Of a DNA stretch of 64,000 nt, positions 13,089 to 27,137 are shown piece by piece. The DNA comes from Tubulanus polymorphus. Lineage: Eukaryota; Animalia; Nemertea. The translations under genes and the position numbers were made by a program. A model generated the notes under the pieces. The model did no database searches. It worked only from the letters and a program-made list of their open reading frames with translations, and was not told the origin of the DNA. The stretch is from assembly GCF_964204645.1 (NCBI RefSeq), contig NC_134025.1, positions 22,114,299 to 22,178,298 on the forward strand, written 5' to 3'. Position 1 is the stretch's first letter. The number at the start of each line of letters is the position of its first letter.

Positions 13089-16000
13089 CTACAATGAAGA
13101 AGAGATCATTGATAAAACACTATGTCAGAGTTGTGACGATGATATAGAGAATCCCACAATTATAATGGAAAAGAACAATATTTCGCCTATAACCGAATAG
13201 TCGTCTTTAATCATCCTGAAGATGACAATTAGGTAATAGACGAAACGTCTTATAAACGACCAGTGAAAGGAAACATTTCGGACATTGTCTTCCATTCTAA
13301 GTATGGAATTTTCTTTACAAATTCAGAAGAGATTCCGAAAACACTTCCATCCATGATATTCTACTAAATAAAATATACCGATGTATACATATATTTTCTA
13401 ATGAAGTGCTTAGATTAATCCTTGGAGTAATCCTTGATTTCTCGAAGATTAATCGAATCGGATGTATAGGTTTAATCAAATCATCAAACCATGTTGGTTT
13501 TACGTCTTTATCTGAGCAATACACTATTGAAAGGTATTGCCCGTATTAATGTGTTGTGCAAGCAAGATTAAGTTAATTAAGACTGATCTGATTTGATTGA
13601 TGCAACCGAAACATCGGCGGTGCTTCGACGTGGTTTTCAAAAAGCGGAAGTAGGAGGAACAGGTCGGAGTTCTTCTGTTCCGGATGGGGGCAGGGTGAGC
13701 GAACTAATGCGCGTTAATCTACTGGAATAAATGCCCGATTACGGGGGTTAATTTGGGCAGAAAATTGCGCGGTGTAGATTTGAAAGGAGGTGTGAGGGTG
13801 ACTGGCCCAGGTGGTGGCATAAAACATAATCCCATCAGGCAATAACAAACAAGATACCCAGTCAGTTGGAATATTTGTCGAGTTCGCCATTGTGACGGAG
13901 TTAGCCAGATTGCGAGACGGGATTTCTCGTGTTTAGAGTACACACATAACTTCTGGCTTCTTGCTTCTTCCGTGTTTGTATAGATAGCTTTCTGTTTATA
14001 GAACAAACGTATCGCAATACAAGATTGTCTTGCTGATTGATTTTTGACATCGAGATTTGAACGAATTCCAAAGATCGCAGGGTTACCGGGGTCATTTGTA
14101 CTAGGATCCGAATCGGATTTGAAAATCAATTAGGAACTGCGTTGGCCGAAAGTTGAGGGTTTCAAATCGGAAGTAACCTAATCTTCAAGATTCGATGGCG
14201 ACGTATGTCTCATATCAATATCGCGATATCCATAACCACGAGATAACATCAAATATTTGCCAATGCACTAAATTCACATCTTGATTCTGTTGCAAGAATG
14301 GCGCATCGATATAAACATATTGTGGGAGTTTGTCTTGACATCACGACAATCTAGGGAAATTCGCGTGTTTGAAGAGAAAAATATCGTTATTCACCTTGAC
14401 AATGACTGTAAACGCTATCCGGTGCCTCTTGAAGATCAGCGACCACCGAACTGTTGGCGTGTTCTGAAAGTATAAAAAAGTAACGTTTCTTAACATCAAA
14501 GTCGTCGGCGTATGATGGAAATATCATCAGTTTTTGTGGTGACCGATTTCTTTTTGTATTCATTCGCGACAAAACAATGTTCATCGCGGGGAGTCGTAAA
14601 TCGATTGATTGTATAGTATATGTTGTTACTTTTCACGGATGTTAGCCTTTCACGTGTAAGTAGTGCATCCGGAATTTGCGTCGGATGATTGTATTTCACG
14701 TAAAAGCCCCCACTTCCGGTTCATCTAAGGGACGGAAACAGCGGCAAAGTGGTTTATTGCCACATCTTCCAACAACAATCACGACAAAACTAATGAGACA
14801 AATATTGCTGGTTTTTGCCTGGTGACCTTTCAGCAGATGACACCGCTGAACTGCTGTATATCGACGTAGTTTAGCAAATTACGACGAACGTAAAAATGTA
14901 TCGAATATCTAATTTGTGAATATTGCACATTGCGCTATGTTATGTTTGAGTTTTAGGTTATTTGTTCCGCTTTTTCAAAAATTCAATGACTTGATGATAA
15001 ATTGATAAGCATATCGTGATCGGCATTATTGTGAACGAACGACCGCGCGCGATATGATCGCTCTAATGAAATAGTTTTTTATTTGTTAGATGAACAGTCG
15101 CGAGGAGATAGCCCGTCCCCCGGGGGACTGCGCGGTGGTCGAGTAGTCGCAGTAAGTTATTAGTTGTAATATGAGGCAATGTTAATTAAGTGGATGACAC
15201 GCCAGATTGAACTGTAAACTGTAGCGACGATAGCTGCAATTAGCGGATGATGGATAATATAAAAGGTCAACGATACGGAGAGAGAATGGGAGGCTGGATG
15301 TTGACACATTGCTGCAACCGGGGCAATAACTATCCCTGTAATCGGCACAAAATACACAAGCACCACCTGAATAATGAGTATTAATATAAACGGGAATTAG
15401 TAACGTATATTGCAAAAGCTTTATTGCTATTGTCCCTTGAGTTATTTTGGTCGTTGTGCGCTTAGTATACTGGTATACTGCCGTTAACTATAGCCTATCC
15501 ATTGGTTTAATTAATCGAATTCATCTGCAATGGTGGTGTCGATATGGGGCATTTGATCATTTCAAATGCACAAGGGAAGAAGGTTTTTTCACTGTGCTGC
15601 TCATTATTCGGATCTGGTCAAGTCGTTTTATTGTAAAAAGATACGGTAACAAAATAGTTACTAGAGTCACGAAATCTGTTTTTTCGCCAAACTAGTTTCA
15701 ACATAAACAATGGAGAATTTAGGTTTGCCAGGTCTGCCAAGGAGCATTTGGGAAGCCTTAAGGTTGTGCTTTCCAGCTCAGCTGTATATGTAGTTCCTCC
15801 CTTATAGTCTTACTATCGAGTGTCTTCCTATTATCAACTGAATAAATTATACTATAATGAACGTAAACGGTTTTCTATTCCCGAATGATCTTTACCGTCA
15901 CAAATGCTGTCGCTTGCGGGCGAGTTATAAATATACGGAGTCGCGTAGACCAAACAAATACGTTCTTATGTCTGTATATAATTGAATTTCTGTTTACCGT

Positions 16001-17810
16001 TGGGTGCGCGTATATGTGTACGTCGTTATCGAGGTGGTGGTATTAAGTATTCTGTTTAAAACGGATTAATGAAGTCGTAAAGACGATTCAAATTGCCACC
16101 AATACTTGCAATTATGCCTTACGTTTACGACTTTATTAACATGGCGATACATAACAATAAATTATTCTTTATTTTCAACGGCCTTATATAGTGATTAAAA
16201 TCGCGACATTACTAACACCCTTGTAGAAGTATATCATAAATGTTATTCGCGCATGAGCACACGCTTTTATGATATTCGTCGGCAAAATCTGTGAAAATAT
16301 ATAATGACGATTCATTTCAGTCCTGCATATATCACGTTATTGATTTTGCTGTGATTTTTCTTTTCTATTTTTATCTATTTTAGATACAAGCGAATTAAAT
16401 TCGAGTGGTGTTATTTGAAGTATCGCGAAGAGTTGGTAACATTAGTAAATCTATATGAAATCTGCGAGAAAATGTCACAAGATGATTGAAAAATGAAGCG
16501 AACTCTAATAATCGAATGTATTGATATCTGGAATAAATGAAATACGTAATAACTACAGAATTAGCGAACGAATTAGAGAATTGCATTTGTACCGGATTCA
16601 TGATTATTAATCGTAATTTCTGAAAATTCTATCAGAAAAAAAATAAGTCAAAGCAATCGGGATTTTCTTTCTACTATACGCAAGAAGTGTAAAATGATAT
16701 CCACGTCCTAAACTGCTCTTTAGCAGTATAAGCCGTGTATAAAGTATATACGGATTGGGTATAGTTCTTTAAAAGCCACGCTTTATTGCAATATGACCCA
16801 CGTATCTTGAAAGACGTTTTTCATCGGCGAACAATTCATCGGAAGTTTATAAAGAAATCGCTGTGACATTACGTGAATTGAGGTCGCAAACCAACGTGCG
16901 TAAATTCTGGGTGCTTCAAAAGATGCACATCTTCCTATATTATGAACGATGTTGTGGGACAATGATGCGAATGTGCGGATTCAAACGAGCATCGGTAGGA
17001 TATGTACCAGCTCAATACAAAATTCAAGGTCGTACCTAGCATTTGAATTTTAGGGGGCCGAGAAACCCGAAAATAGAAGTTCCATAGGATATACCAATAA
17101 CAATCGCAAAAAGGGCACTTTTCCAAAATTTCGGGGGGGGGGGCAATTTCCCCCTGCTAAATACGGATCTGAAATAGTGGAAAATACAAAATCCACTTAA
17201 GTAAATAATCGATTGTGAAATATGTTACCAGCCACCCTTATCCAAAACTCAACAGTTTTACACCTTAAGAAGTTCCTATCTGGTATATTGGTAATTTTTC
17301 TATATGATATACACTTTGCCGTCTCGATGACGGAGCATCGTTATAAATAAATAAAGCGTTCATTGAATTGAATTAGATATTTTCTGCGACTAGTGTTTCC
17401 GAAGATTAACAAGGGCGGAATGAAAAAATCGTTATTTGCTTTACGTGCATAATTCAGCTTATTTTCAATTTGATTCGGTGTAGTGGTGTACGTAACTATT
17501 CATTTGTTTTTATAAAAACTGATTGAAGAAAGTGATGAAAGTTTTAAAGAAATTGTACTATACCTGAATATGGCGGCGGTGGATGGACGGATTCAGCTGT
17601 GGCTGCTTGTAACCAGCGGGCATATGCATTAGTCGGGTCATAGTAACTTGTCCGCGGCAGCTGGTCGTGCGATAACTGTGGAAGCCTGCTGTCGAGTCCG
17701 CGGACTATGCCGTCTTTCGTATCCGGCATATCCAGTATGTCCTTCATCGAGAAACTGTTAGCCTTCATCGTGTTCATAGCCAAGGGAGAATCCATCTGAA
17801 TAACACCCAT
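12322..17810 (-). CDS. NKX2-2: NK2.2/vnd-class homeobox transcription factor, core gene (exons 17810 or 17795-17564 and 13088-12322)
   Basis: TN/eh1 motif SFSMKDIL; homeodomain [58 protein letters not shown] with Tyr54; NK2-specific domain [18 protein letters not shown]; C-terminal [11 protein letters not shown]. The phase-1 intron 17563-13089 (CAG|GTATAG ... TTGTAG|GA) joins the exons in frame. Confidence 0.95.
17025..17172. mobile_element. Family E MITE copy in the NK2.2 intron
   Basis: Contains the reverse complement of GGGGGAAATTGCCCCC...AATTTTGGAAAAGTGCCCTTTT and CAAGGTCGTACCTAGCATTT, as in 38336-38488. Confidence 0.55.
17564..17795 (-). CDS. NKX2-2: NK2.2 TN/eh1-domain exon (constant exon)
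   Basis: Encodes [21 protein letters not shown]...[13 protein letters not shown]...PPYSG. Preceded by acceptor TGTTATTCAG|ATG and ends at donor CAG|GTATAG. An in-frame ATG at 17810 would serve a proximal-promoter form. Confidence 0.92.
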
Positions 17811-17899
17811 AAAAACAATAGTTTTATTTCACCGTCCAGAACAACAAAAAAAGAGATTGATACAAGCAGCTCGTGCGACCGTGCGGCTGAAATCCGAGT

Positions 17900-18305
17900 G
17901 ATATCCCCGGTGAGTCGACGCTAGCCGGAGGGTGAGTTATAAACCGACTCCTTTTTGATCCCCTCGCGGATTGTTATAGTGTGCCCCGGGGTGACGCCTG
18001 TTTTCGGGTAGGTTCAGGTGGTCAGTATCGACCCTAAGCGCTAGTGCCACCGTGAGACTGTCGATGAGAGCGTTGATGATATCACTACTGTCACACGATT
18101 GCCACTTTATGTTCGTTAAAAAAGCAATCAGCGTCGGTATAACCGTAAACGCCGCGACGGTGACGGTGGGTCGGTTTTAACGTCAAAAGGCGGAGCATTA
18201 CAGGCGATTGGTTCGTCGAGATGCATTGACAATTTGTCAATGGTTTAAGGACTAATTTGTCAAAGCAGTTAATGGGAAACCATGATTTATAATTGACCAA
18301 TCAGG
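17900..18305 (-). promoter_or_regulatory. Putative proximal NK2.2 promoter
   Basis: GC/CpG-rich block with CCAAT boxes at about 18206-18211 and 18297-18303, and TTTATAA at about 17943-17937. Confidence 0.4.
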
Positions 18306-21300
18306 CTATACCCTCAGTCAAAGCGCATAGCCGGTGCAAGAAAACGGTCTGATTTTTAAGTCGTTTTTATGATTATACAACGAAGCGTAGTCGAACGCTA
18401 TCCTTAAAGGTAATAAAGTACGACTTAAGTCAAACACCTCGGACAATAAGTTAATTTCCAGTCCCATAGAACGCGATGAATAGGCCTTCTTCAATCTCCC
18501 GCTGTCAAATACAACATCTAGGTTAATACTTTATATTCTCCAGCAAAATGAACGTCTTTAAGGCCTCGGGTGGCAATTCTCGCGTTTCTCGCCACCGTCA
18601 GATAAATCCGAATACCCCTCGTGTTATCAGAATGTACGTTCAGGCCGAACAAGCATGTCCATCACCACGAACAATATTTTCAATCGGTATCTACATACGA
18701 CCGAGCAATTGTCTTAAAGCAGGTAGAAAGTAATAAGTTTTCAACCCGTTATATAGAAAAATTCAAAAGATTAAAAGCGAATCTCGATTTATCAAAAAAT
18801 AAAATCAATAGACACGACGTTTCGAAATCTCGCTATAGATCATCGTCAGGTGTCTACGTCTGAGTTATTCTGGCTATTCTACTAGTAGGTATGGCTACTT
18901 TTTGGAAGTTACGCACGGTAGGTTGATTAGAAGTCCATAATCCCGTACATTCTAGTGAGCGCCAAATGTGTTTTCGACATTTTCTTAAAAGACCACTTAA
19001 AATCGAGATTTGCAGATTTTACCCGTCGTAGTCGTAACTTAATTACGCGGCGACTCATATCGACTTGAAAATAATTCGGGCTCTAATCCTGAATTAGCTC
19101 GAGGCAATAACGCCGCTTTTTACTTTGAATATTCAAGTGTATTTAGACGAATTGTATATAACGGTTGAATTGGTGTTTAAGATGGCCCTCTAGACACGAG
19201 TGTCTGTTAGAATAATGGACAATGTGGACAATCGTGAACGCAACAAGCCTTGTATAACCGTCTTTAAAAGCGACGAAAAACCTCTCGGAAACTGGTGGTG
19301 ACATAAGTCGAGTATTCCGTTTGAAAAATAGTTGGTTCCAATAGAAATGAATCGCTTGCAAAAAGACTTTTGGAGGGCTAGCATGTTGGCATACACTTTA
19401 GAAATACTAAGCATCGCGTATCTCGCACAGTCTGGATTTCCAGACGATCTATACAGGTAATCATAGTGTAGTTTACTTCGGGGTTAACTCGTCTATAACT
19501 CGTAAAAATAGCTCGCGCCCGTGTTCTTTTAGACGTCGCGGTGATGTCTATAGGTTTGGCGTCACGAATTATTTACTTGAAGTCAACTTTCCCTATATCC
19601 AGGTCCATTATATATGCCTATCGGTTGGGCCCGTATTTATATGCGGGTTCGGCGGATTAGTAAATTACTAATTTTGCTTTACGGTCGTAAACGTTTGAAC
19701 GCAATATCGTGGACAGAAATAAACGCGCGGATCATGCATTTCGAGGAAACTCGCAGTGGAAGCGAAACAAGATTTTCATTACCCGAATATTTACTATAAG
19801 ACAGTATGAAAATGATTTCCACGATAGGTTTCAGTCTGTAAAACGTTGAAAGGTTTCGGGCCTTTGATGACGCTTTTTGATTCTAGACGGGTTGACGATT
19901 ACGTTTTTTTTTAACTGCATGATAATCGATTTGTCATGATACGGTATGCATGTATACTTTTTGGAATCACTGCCAAATATATATGAACAGTATTATTGTC
20001 ATCAAACCGAAACAACGAAGGAATAATCATACCATATGGCAGTCAATCAGAAAGGATTGTGTATATTATACACACGTTGATATGAGCATGTTTGATTTTC
20101 GGTTGGAGATCAATCGGTCGATTATTGACCATCAAAATCGAGGCCGTTTAAATATATCCGGTAAACAACTCTTCATATTTGAGTATTGTCTGTAACTGTA
20201 TTACACAAACACGATGGCACGGGTCATTCATAGAGAAGGAGAGAGAAATTAAGAGAGAGAGCGAGCTTTCAGATGTTTTACAACTGTACCGAAGTTAGAT
20301 CGTGTAGTACTACTATATTTACGAAACTTGAGGGCGACACATCCATCGATTCGATTCCGGGGGTCTCCAGATCGATCAGATACTACGATTACAAATATCG
20401 ACGCCTAGCATAGATAATGATATACGGTCTCTAGTCTCGGGTTCGAGAACACCAAAGCGAAAATGACTTCTGATTATTTGATATGAACTTATCTACAAGT
20501 CACATACACCATGGACGTATAAATTAGATTCTAGTTTATACATCCACGCGTAAACCAACCAGTTTCAATATCAAAACATTTGTCTAATCAACCTTCTTCA
20601 AGTCGTTTCTGAACATGTTTTCAAAAATGTATTTGGGATATTGTGATCGAATTCTAGAATCTGAACTTAAAATTTCTGATTTCAAATTTCAAAGTGTTTT
20701 TCGGCACATCAAATTTCACCGAAATATCCTATGACATTTTGCATTGTTATATTTGAGTTTTATGAGTCTTTAGCAAACATTCCTCATCGATTTTAAATCT
20801 CATTGATTTATCTATTAGTGATAGGTATTCACTAGCGCACCTGCTCTATCCAGATAATATTTTAGTCGTAACCTAAATGAAACAAATATTCATAGTTTTG
20901 TCGCAATAGTACAAAAATTATGGTTGATCATCAAAACAATAAAAACAAACAAATCGTCGAGCTTCGTTGAAATCGCTTAGTCACGCACAAACTTACGATT
21001 CGTCATCTCAGTGACATTTACTTTGGTACAAAATATCTACAGTAAAAACGAACGTATCGAGTTTAAACAATTCATACTAACAGTACGATTGGTATGATTT
21101 TTGTGTGTGATTTTTTCCGAGAAATTCACTGTAAGCCGTAATTTTCGACGAATGACGTTTTAGGAAGCAACGTGTCCGGGTATGCCGATCGGTCGCTTCC
21201 ATTTTGGAAATTTCCGCTTCGCATTCGATGTAATTCGAACAGAATGCAACAACTGAAGCGAAAGAAACCGACCACTCCTACTCGACCGTAATATGGAACC

Positions 21301-21960
21301 CGACTATACGCGCCTGATTACACCGCATGCACAGAGAAAAACTCCCGTATTCATTCGGCCCGATTGTGTCGGTTTCATATCTGGCCTCATCGGATTTTCT
21401 ATCAAATTTGCTTCCAATAAAAGTGTCAGTTCTAAGGCAACCGAATGAAGCCTTTCGGTTGGAAAACCATTCACAAACCGAGGCACTATAAACATTCCTC
21501 TAATTGATTCAAATTCCAATAAATCGCCCCGATTCTAGTAAGCCATAATGCGGCGTTATTCGCGTATCAATTTCAGACAAATGAAAGAGCAAATTACGGC
21601 TAATCATCCGATCTGTGGTTCCGTCGTAAAATAAAAGATTGCATAAACGAATTCGAGATGCATGAAATTGAAAAAAAATTGATTGATAAATCGCGACAAA
21701 TTGGTTGAAAAAATCTTCCTTTGGAAATGGTATCCATTCACCTACCAAAAGCCGACACGATGTTATCCAGAAATTCACGAATACCGTTTGCGAACGTAAT
21801 ACATATTTGAAATCTTAAGCAAGATAGATTTAGGTAGCTAGTTGATAGTTGACCAAATAAACTCTTCATTTTGGAGTGTCCTCAAGAAAATCAACAACAC
21901 ACTCAATAAATTGTGAACAACGTCCTCAAGTGTAGTACTTGTGCTATATGACTATCTTAC

Positions 21961-22170
21961 CCGCTGGTTGTTACTCAATAGCGTGTCAAGGAAACCTAGC
22001 GAATAGCGGTCCTGTTGCTGTTGATGATGATGTTGTTGTTGTTGCTGCTGCAGCTGCTGCTGCTGATGGTGGTCAAGATGTTGAAGATGATTTTGATGGA
22101 GCGACGAAGATGAAGTCTGTTGCTGTTGCGGCTGATGGGCCGGTAACGGATGCTGTTGCTGATGCATCAT
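21961..22170 (-). CDS. NKX2-2: Candidate alternative first coding exon of NK2.2, polyQ/polyH-rich (70 codons)
   Basis: MMHQQQHPLP...QQQQDRYSLGFLDTLLSNNQR ends at phase-0 donor CGG|GTAAGA; TATAAAG at 22280-22274; in frame with acceptor 17795. Confidence 0.72.
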
Positions 22171-22249
22171 CGTGACTGGTGGTGGTGACCAGAAGACGTT
22201 ATTTCCGTGCACTATTTCGGTGTGGCTTCGTTTAGTATGACGTGTAGTG

Positions 22250-22280
22250 TTTGAGACAAAGTTCAGCTCTGATCTTTATA
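22250..22280 (-). promoter_or_regulatory. TATA promoter of the polyQ exon
   Basis: TATAAAG 22280-22274; TCAAAC about 28 nt downstream; ATG at 22170. Confidence 0.45.
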
Positions 22281-25200
22281 TTGACTTTAAGATACCCAAC
22301 CTGATAACGAACGACATTTGTATGTTGATAAGAACGACCGGCCCTCCCAGTCTTCGGGGACATTATTGATTAGATTTTCGTAGTTATTTTGCATTTCAAT
22401 GAGAGACTTTACCTTCTCATTTAATTATCACCCCCAGTCCCATTGTCAACAAACAGCACCTGTGCCTTGAAACGATCCGCTTTATTCAATTCGCCCCTCA
22501 ACAAAGTACCAAGAAAATCCAAGCAAGTCACAATGCAACAATCGAAGATCATATCTTTTACATTTATCCCGGGGATAAATGATGCGAAGCTAAATTGTTA
22601 TATAGGCGATTATAGATTAATTTCGGTTTAGTACAGAAAGGACATTAACTCTGATAAGATATCACATATATGCAATGAATTGTCAAATGAGAAATAACCC
22701 AAACTAGTAGTTCAAATTTCAGTTTGAAAAAAATAGATCGTGATAAATCGTCGTATTATTCGAGTCATCTGATCATAAGGACCAATAACTTTGAATATTG
22801 AGTTAAGTTAATTTTTAATGAAGACAAATCGAATAAACAACAGTCGAAAGTTGAACCGGGCCCTAAAAATCGTGATTTTCCTGATTCTTATCACAATGCA
22901 GTTGTTCATAATTAGTAATTTAGTTATTTTTTTGAATTTCTGGATCCCTTCTTTTGAAATCTTTATCCTGTTTATTCGGTTTTCTTTCTGAGATGAACAA
23001 GAAAGCCGCACGGCTCTTAAAAAGGTAATCCTAACACTCTATAATAGATCGATCCATAAATTATGCATCCGAATCAAGTCTTTCTCTTAATCTTGCGTTA
23101 AATTATTAACGCTGACGCTGTGTTGTCTGTGGATGGTTGTCTGCAGGCGTTGCTATGATGACCGATCTATATCAATGATGTTGCTCTTGCTGTCAGACTC
23201 GAATTCACATGAATATCTATCGCATTAATTACACCCGATTTCGGTAGAGAAATGTTAGTTAAAGTTTTCATAATATTGCCCGATTATATTTGTAAAAGAG
23301 ATTCGCATTCCATTCTGGTCAGATTAAGGGGTTAAATGCGGAGGCTTATCATCGCATGCATAATACAGATATTTGTATTATATCAACGTATATAATGCAG
23401 CATAAACACGAGCTCAAAGAACGAATTAATCTCATTTAACATGTTGTAAATACCCAATTACTCATATGACCCCCTTTTAGGGGATCTCATTTTAGTAGAT
23501 GGTTCAAGATCCTAACGCATACACCTGAATGTTCTATGCGCGTAGCTTTATTTCGATTCAAAACCGACAGTGATTTTGACATTTTGAACTGGATACAGCA
23601 AAGCGTGTTCCACCCATCGGAAAAAAATGTAGATTTTGAGACATGATTCTGCGAACATTTCAAAGCAGCTGGCCTTCGCAGCCGCTTTATTATAGTAGTA
23701 ATCTTTGATCCCAATATAATATTTTACCTTCCGCAGTTAAGTGTAAATACACGCTGTTTACCCGGCCTTATCATTGTGTGATATCATGATTTATTGGATA
23801 AGACGGACAGGGGATAAACTTCATAACTACTGATAAGAAGCCGAAGCTATTATTCGGGAATACCGTATGTGCCGGTCATGATTTGCCACCGTTGGGACTA
23901 GGTGATTCGCCAAGCCGAGTATAATTTCCTGGTACATTCCGGATATAGATTCATGCAATTCAGCCAGCGATTTTCATATCAAAACGGCATAAGCAATGAA
24001 GAAAATCTTACATCTGAAGGAATTAAGAGTCGAAATAGTAGATAGAGATACTCGCTCTGAGAAAACGTTTTTTGACAGGCCAACATTTAGTCAATTATCA
24101 GTTGTTTCAGTTAGTAGTCAGATTGTACTCATAAATGGCGCATTGAAATCATAAAAATCATCCACATGTTGTTGTCTCTGAATACTGTAACAAGCAATGG
24201 AAAACTTCCTTTTCATGAATGTAGATAACGCGATCTTAAATCATTGTGGAGTATATACATATTTTCCTTTATGCGTGAGTTTGTATCAAGAAAAAAAGGC
24301 AAAAACGAGGGTTTGCAGAAAGAGTTTGAAATAGAAAACGTTCTCAATAACTTGAACGTCTGACAAGGGACTGCGATTCTAGAGAAAATAGTCGACAGAC
24401 CTCCGAGAAGACCTGAGTAACGGGCTAATATTTACTCTCTTGTACGTTTAGCGGAACATTAACTGCTCAAACAAACACCATATGGCTAAATTATACACCC
24501 GCGACACCTAGCGTTAAACGTTTAAAATAAACTGTAGTCCGTTACGATGTGTATAGATAAATCCCTGGTTTTTCTCTTTTCCTCTTTTGAGGTATTAACT
24601 TATCAATTCGCTATTAGATAAAATGCATCTTAATTTAAGACAAATTCAAAAATGACTGTTTTCCCTAAACTAATCGTCAAATGAGAAATCTAAATCTGAT
24701 TGTATAAAAGGCGAAAGAAAAAGTGATTTACACAATCACATTCCCAACACAGACTTTCGTTTCTCTTCTTTAACATAGTATCTAAACAATGCATATGCCA
24801 TAGGTCATTTTCTATAACGTTTCATACGATATTATGGCGTATAATAGAAACAATGGTAGGAAATCATTTCGAATTATATTCGAAAACGGAAAAATATCGA
24901 TTGCCGTAATGTGTCAAGAACTTTCTTGTCATTTTCCGGAGGCATCAGTATTAAAATTAGGTTTTAAAAATCTAAAACCACACACGTATGCACTTGCGAA
25001 CACTCGAGACTATCTTTTTGCTATTTGTATTGCATAATCGCGTGGGTAAGTGCATGTAGTAAATAGACTTCGTTTGATGTTATGAATAGTAGAATTCAAC
25101 TCGATTTTACGACGTATTTTCAAATACCCGATAAATGAATAATAACATACTCCATAATAACTAATGAATAAACAGTCTAATCCATAGTAGAAAATCCCCA

Positions 25201-27030
25201 AACAGACTAAGAATGCATAGAATTTTCATTTATCACTTGAATATAAGTCTTCACTCTGTCCGATTTCTGGTCATTCCACCTGACCATGGATTTTTAAACG
25301 GTCCAAGCACTGGATCCTTCATTATAACCATATAGTGCACTTAAAATCTGTCCAAATATTACATCGTTTGTATGGATTATGAAAAATAAATATACCATAC
25401 TACTTTACTATGACCTGGCTATGGCTGTTAGTGACAGTTTCATCAAAAGGAAATTCCGAAAAATAATTTCTGAATTTATAGATACATGGTTTACAGGAAT
25501 TCTGATTTTTAGAACGAGCAAATTTGATAGCGTATAGAGCTGTCTTTTTTTCATCGCTGCTTTGAATATTGCAATCTCAGTTTTGATGAAATGTCGTTCA
25601 AATGACCATCGTCGCTAATTACAAAAGATATAAATTTCAGTCATCGATATTTTTCATTACATTCAATAGAACTGTATGTGCCGGTCAACTTCCGGTCACT
25701 GCGCTCGCGCATCGTGGCCAACCACGTGACAGGAAACGGTGTAACTACTCTCGGCGCAGTTACCAATTTCTCGAGTAAATATTTGATGATATCGGCAATT
25801 GTATCGTATTTATGGTGTAATTGTGAGGGCAGACGAATGTAATATGTATAACGAGCGAAACGAACAGTCTCTACGAACTTAGTGATAGATAGTTCGTTCG
25901 CATTATCCGGAAAAATATAATATTTTGCTCGAACTCACAAATAGAAAACAAACTACCCGTAAATCTACTGAAAGATTATTTCGCTACGGCTTAACTCGGC
26001 GATCGACGTAAAAACGCAAGAATCGCACGCTGTTCTTACTTCGCTTGATATGTTCAGAAAATTATTCTAGAAGCATCCCAGCTTCTGGAAAGATTAACGA
26101 TCAGCTGAGAAAATAGGTTAACGTACAAGAAAATGTAAGAAAATAATACATCGCACCGCGGGAAGAGGTTCGATCATTTTGTTCGAAATGATATTGCCCG
26201 ACGATTATATTATTCAAACAAGATGCCTAATTCTACAAAACGTTCAAATAAGCATGATGACCTCTAGGACAATTAAACAAATAATGATTAATTTTTTTTT
26301 AGAAGTGAATGAATAGTTCAAATTATTAAATACGTGAATAAACGACCCTACTTTTCTAATATTCTAATATTTGTGCTTCCTCTTAAAATGAAACGAATGA
26401 ATACGATGGTGCAATATGGTGATGCGATTACAGATTCTGTTAAAGTGTCGTACAGTGAAATATGAAAAAATAATTCTTCATAACAAATTCTATAGATTTT
26501 TCAACGCGTAAATTCATTATCTTCAAACAATTTTCTTTTCTCCCTTTGCGCCTTTATATGATCTTCTGGTGAACAGGTGAATTAAGTTGATGATTTGAAA
26601 CTTCAGATTTGCCTATGCATTTCTACCACATACCTCCGTAAATTCTGAGAGTTTCGCGTATATCCAGGACTTAATTTCGTCCATTTTCCCCACCAATTAA
26701 TCGTTTAAAGTAGTTTCAACGCACCTTTTATTAACTCTTGAAATAAGGTTTCAACCAATAGAATTATGACATCACGGTATATTGGAAAATATATGCCAAA
26801 AGAAAGGTGACAAAATCTATAAGTAAGACGACGCCCTATTGTTATTTTTGAAATATATTTCATAGTTTTCGACGAACGCTCGTGGCAACGATTTCCCGGG
26901 TTATAGAATCGCTGTGAAATCTGATCCCGGAAAATCAAAGATACGGCGTCGTCGTAACACGACCGCTTGTGAGAACGCTTGCCACGCCGGTCACCGCAAC
27001 AAGTGTACGAGCGGATAAGTCTGAACTCAC

Positions 27031-27105
27031 CTGCCGGCGCCTTAGCTGCAGGTAGAGCAAGGCCGTGGCCCAGTCGGTATAGGCGAACAGCATGGACCCG
27101 GTCAT
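27031..27105 (-). CDS. NKX2-2: Candidate alternative first coding exon of NK2.2 (MTGSMLFAYTDWATALLYLQLRRRQ)
   Basis: GC-rich 75-nt ORF with consensus phase-0 donor CAG|GTGAGT; own CCAAT/TATA/Inr promoter just upstream. Confidence 0.7.
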
Positions 27106-27137
27106 ATCTCTTCTTCGATGCGGTTAATCCTGTTACA

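Noticed and set aside
12404-13147. Plus-strand ORFs overlapping the NK2.2 homeobox exon
   Set aside because: Antisense shadows of a GC-rich coding exon, with no recognisable product.
13719-14129. 136-aa ORF in the NK2.2 intron
   Set aside because: Non-ATG start, no recognisable motif and no convincing splice boundaries.
14441-18025. Gli-like GACCACC sites (about 14441, 15133, 18016)
   Set aside because: All deviate from GACCACCCA and are not clustered; insufficient without conservation data.
21939-22175. Plus-strand ORF with poly-V/A/D
   Set aside because: Antisense shadow of the polyQ/H exon; the splice and promoter signals are on the minus strand.
2000-26000. Many NK2-binding T(C/T)AAGTG sites suggesting autoregulation
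   Set aside because: A rough expectation from base composition is similar to the number seen, so enrichment cannot be claimed.
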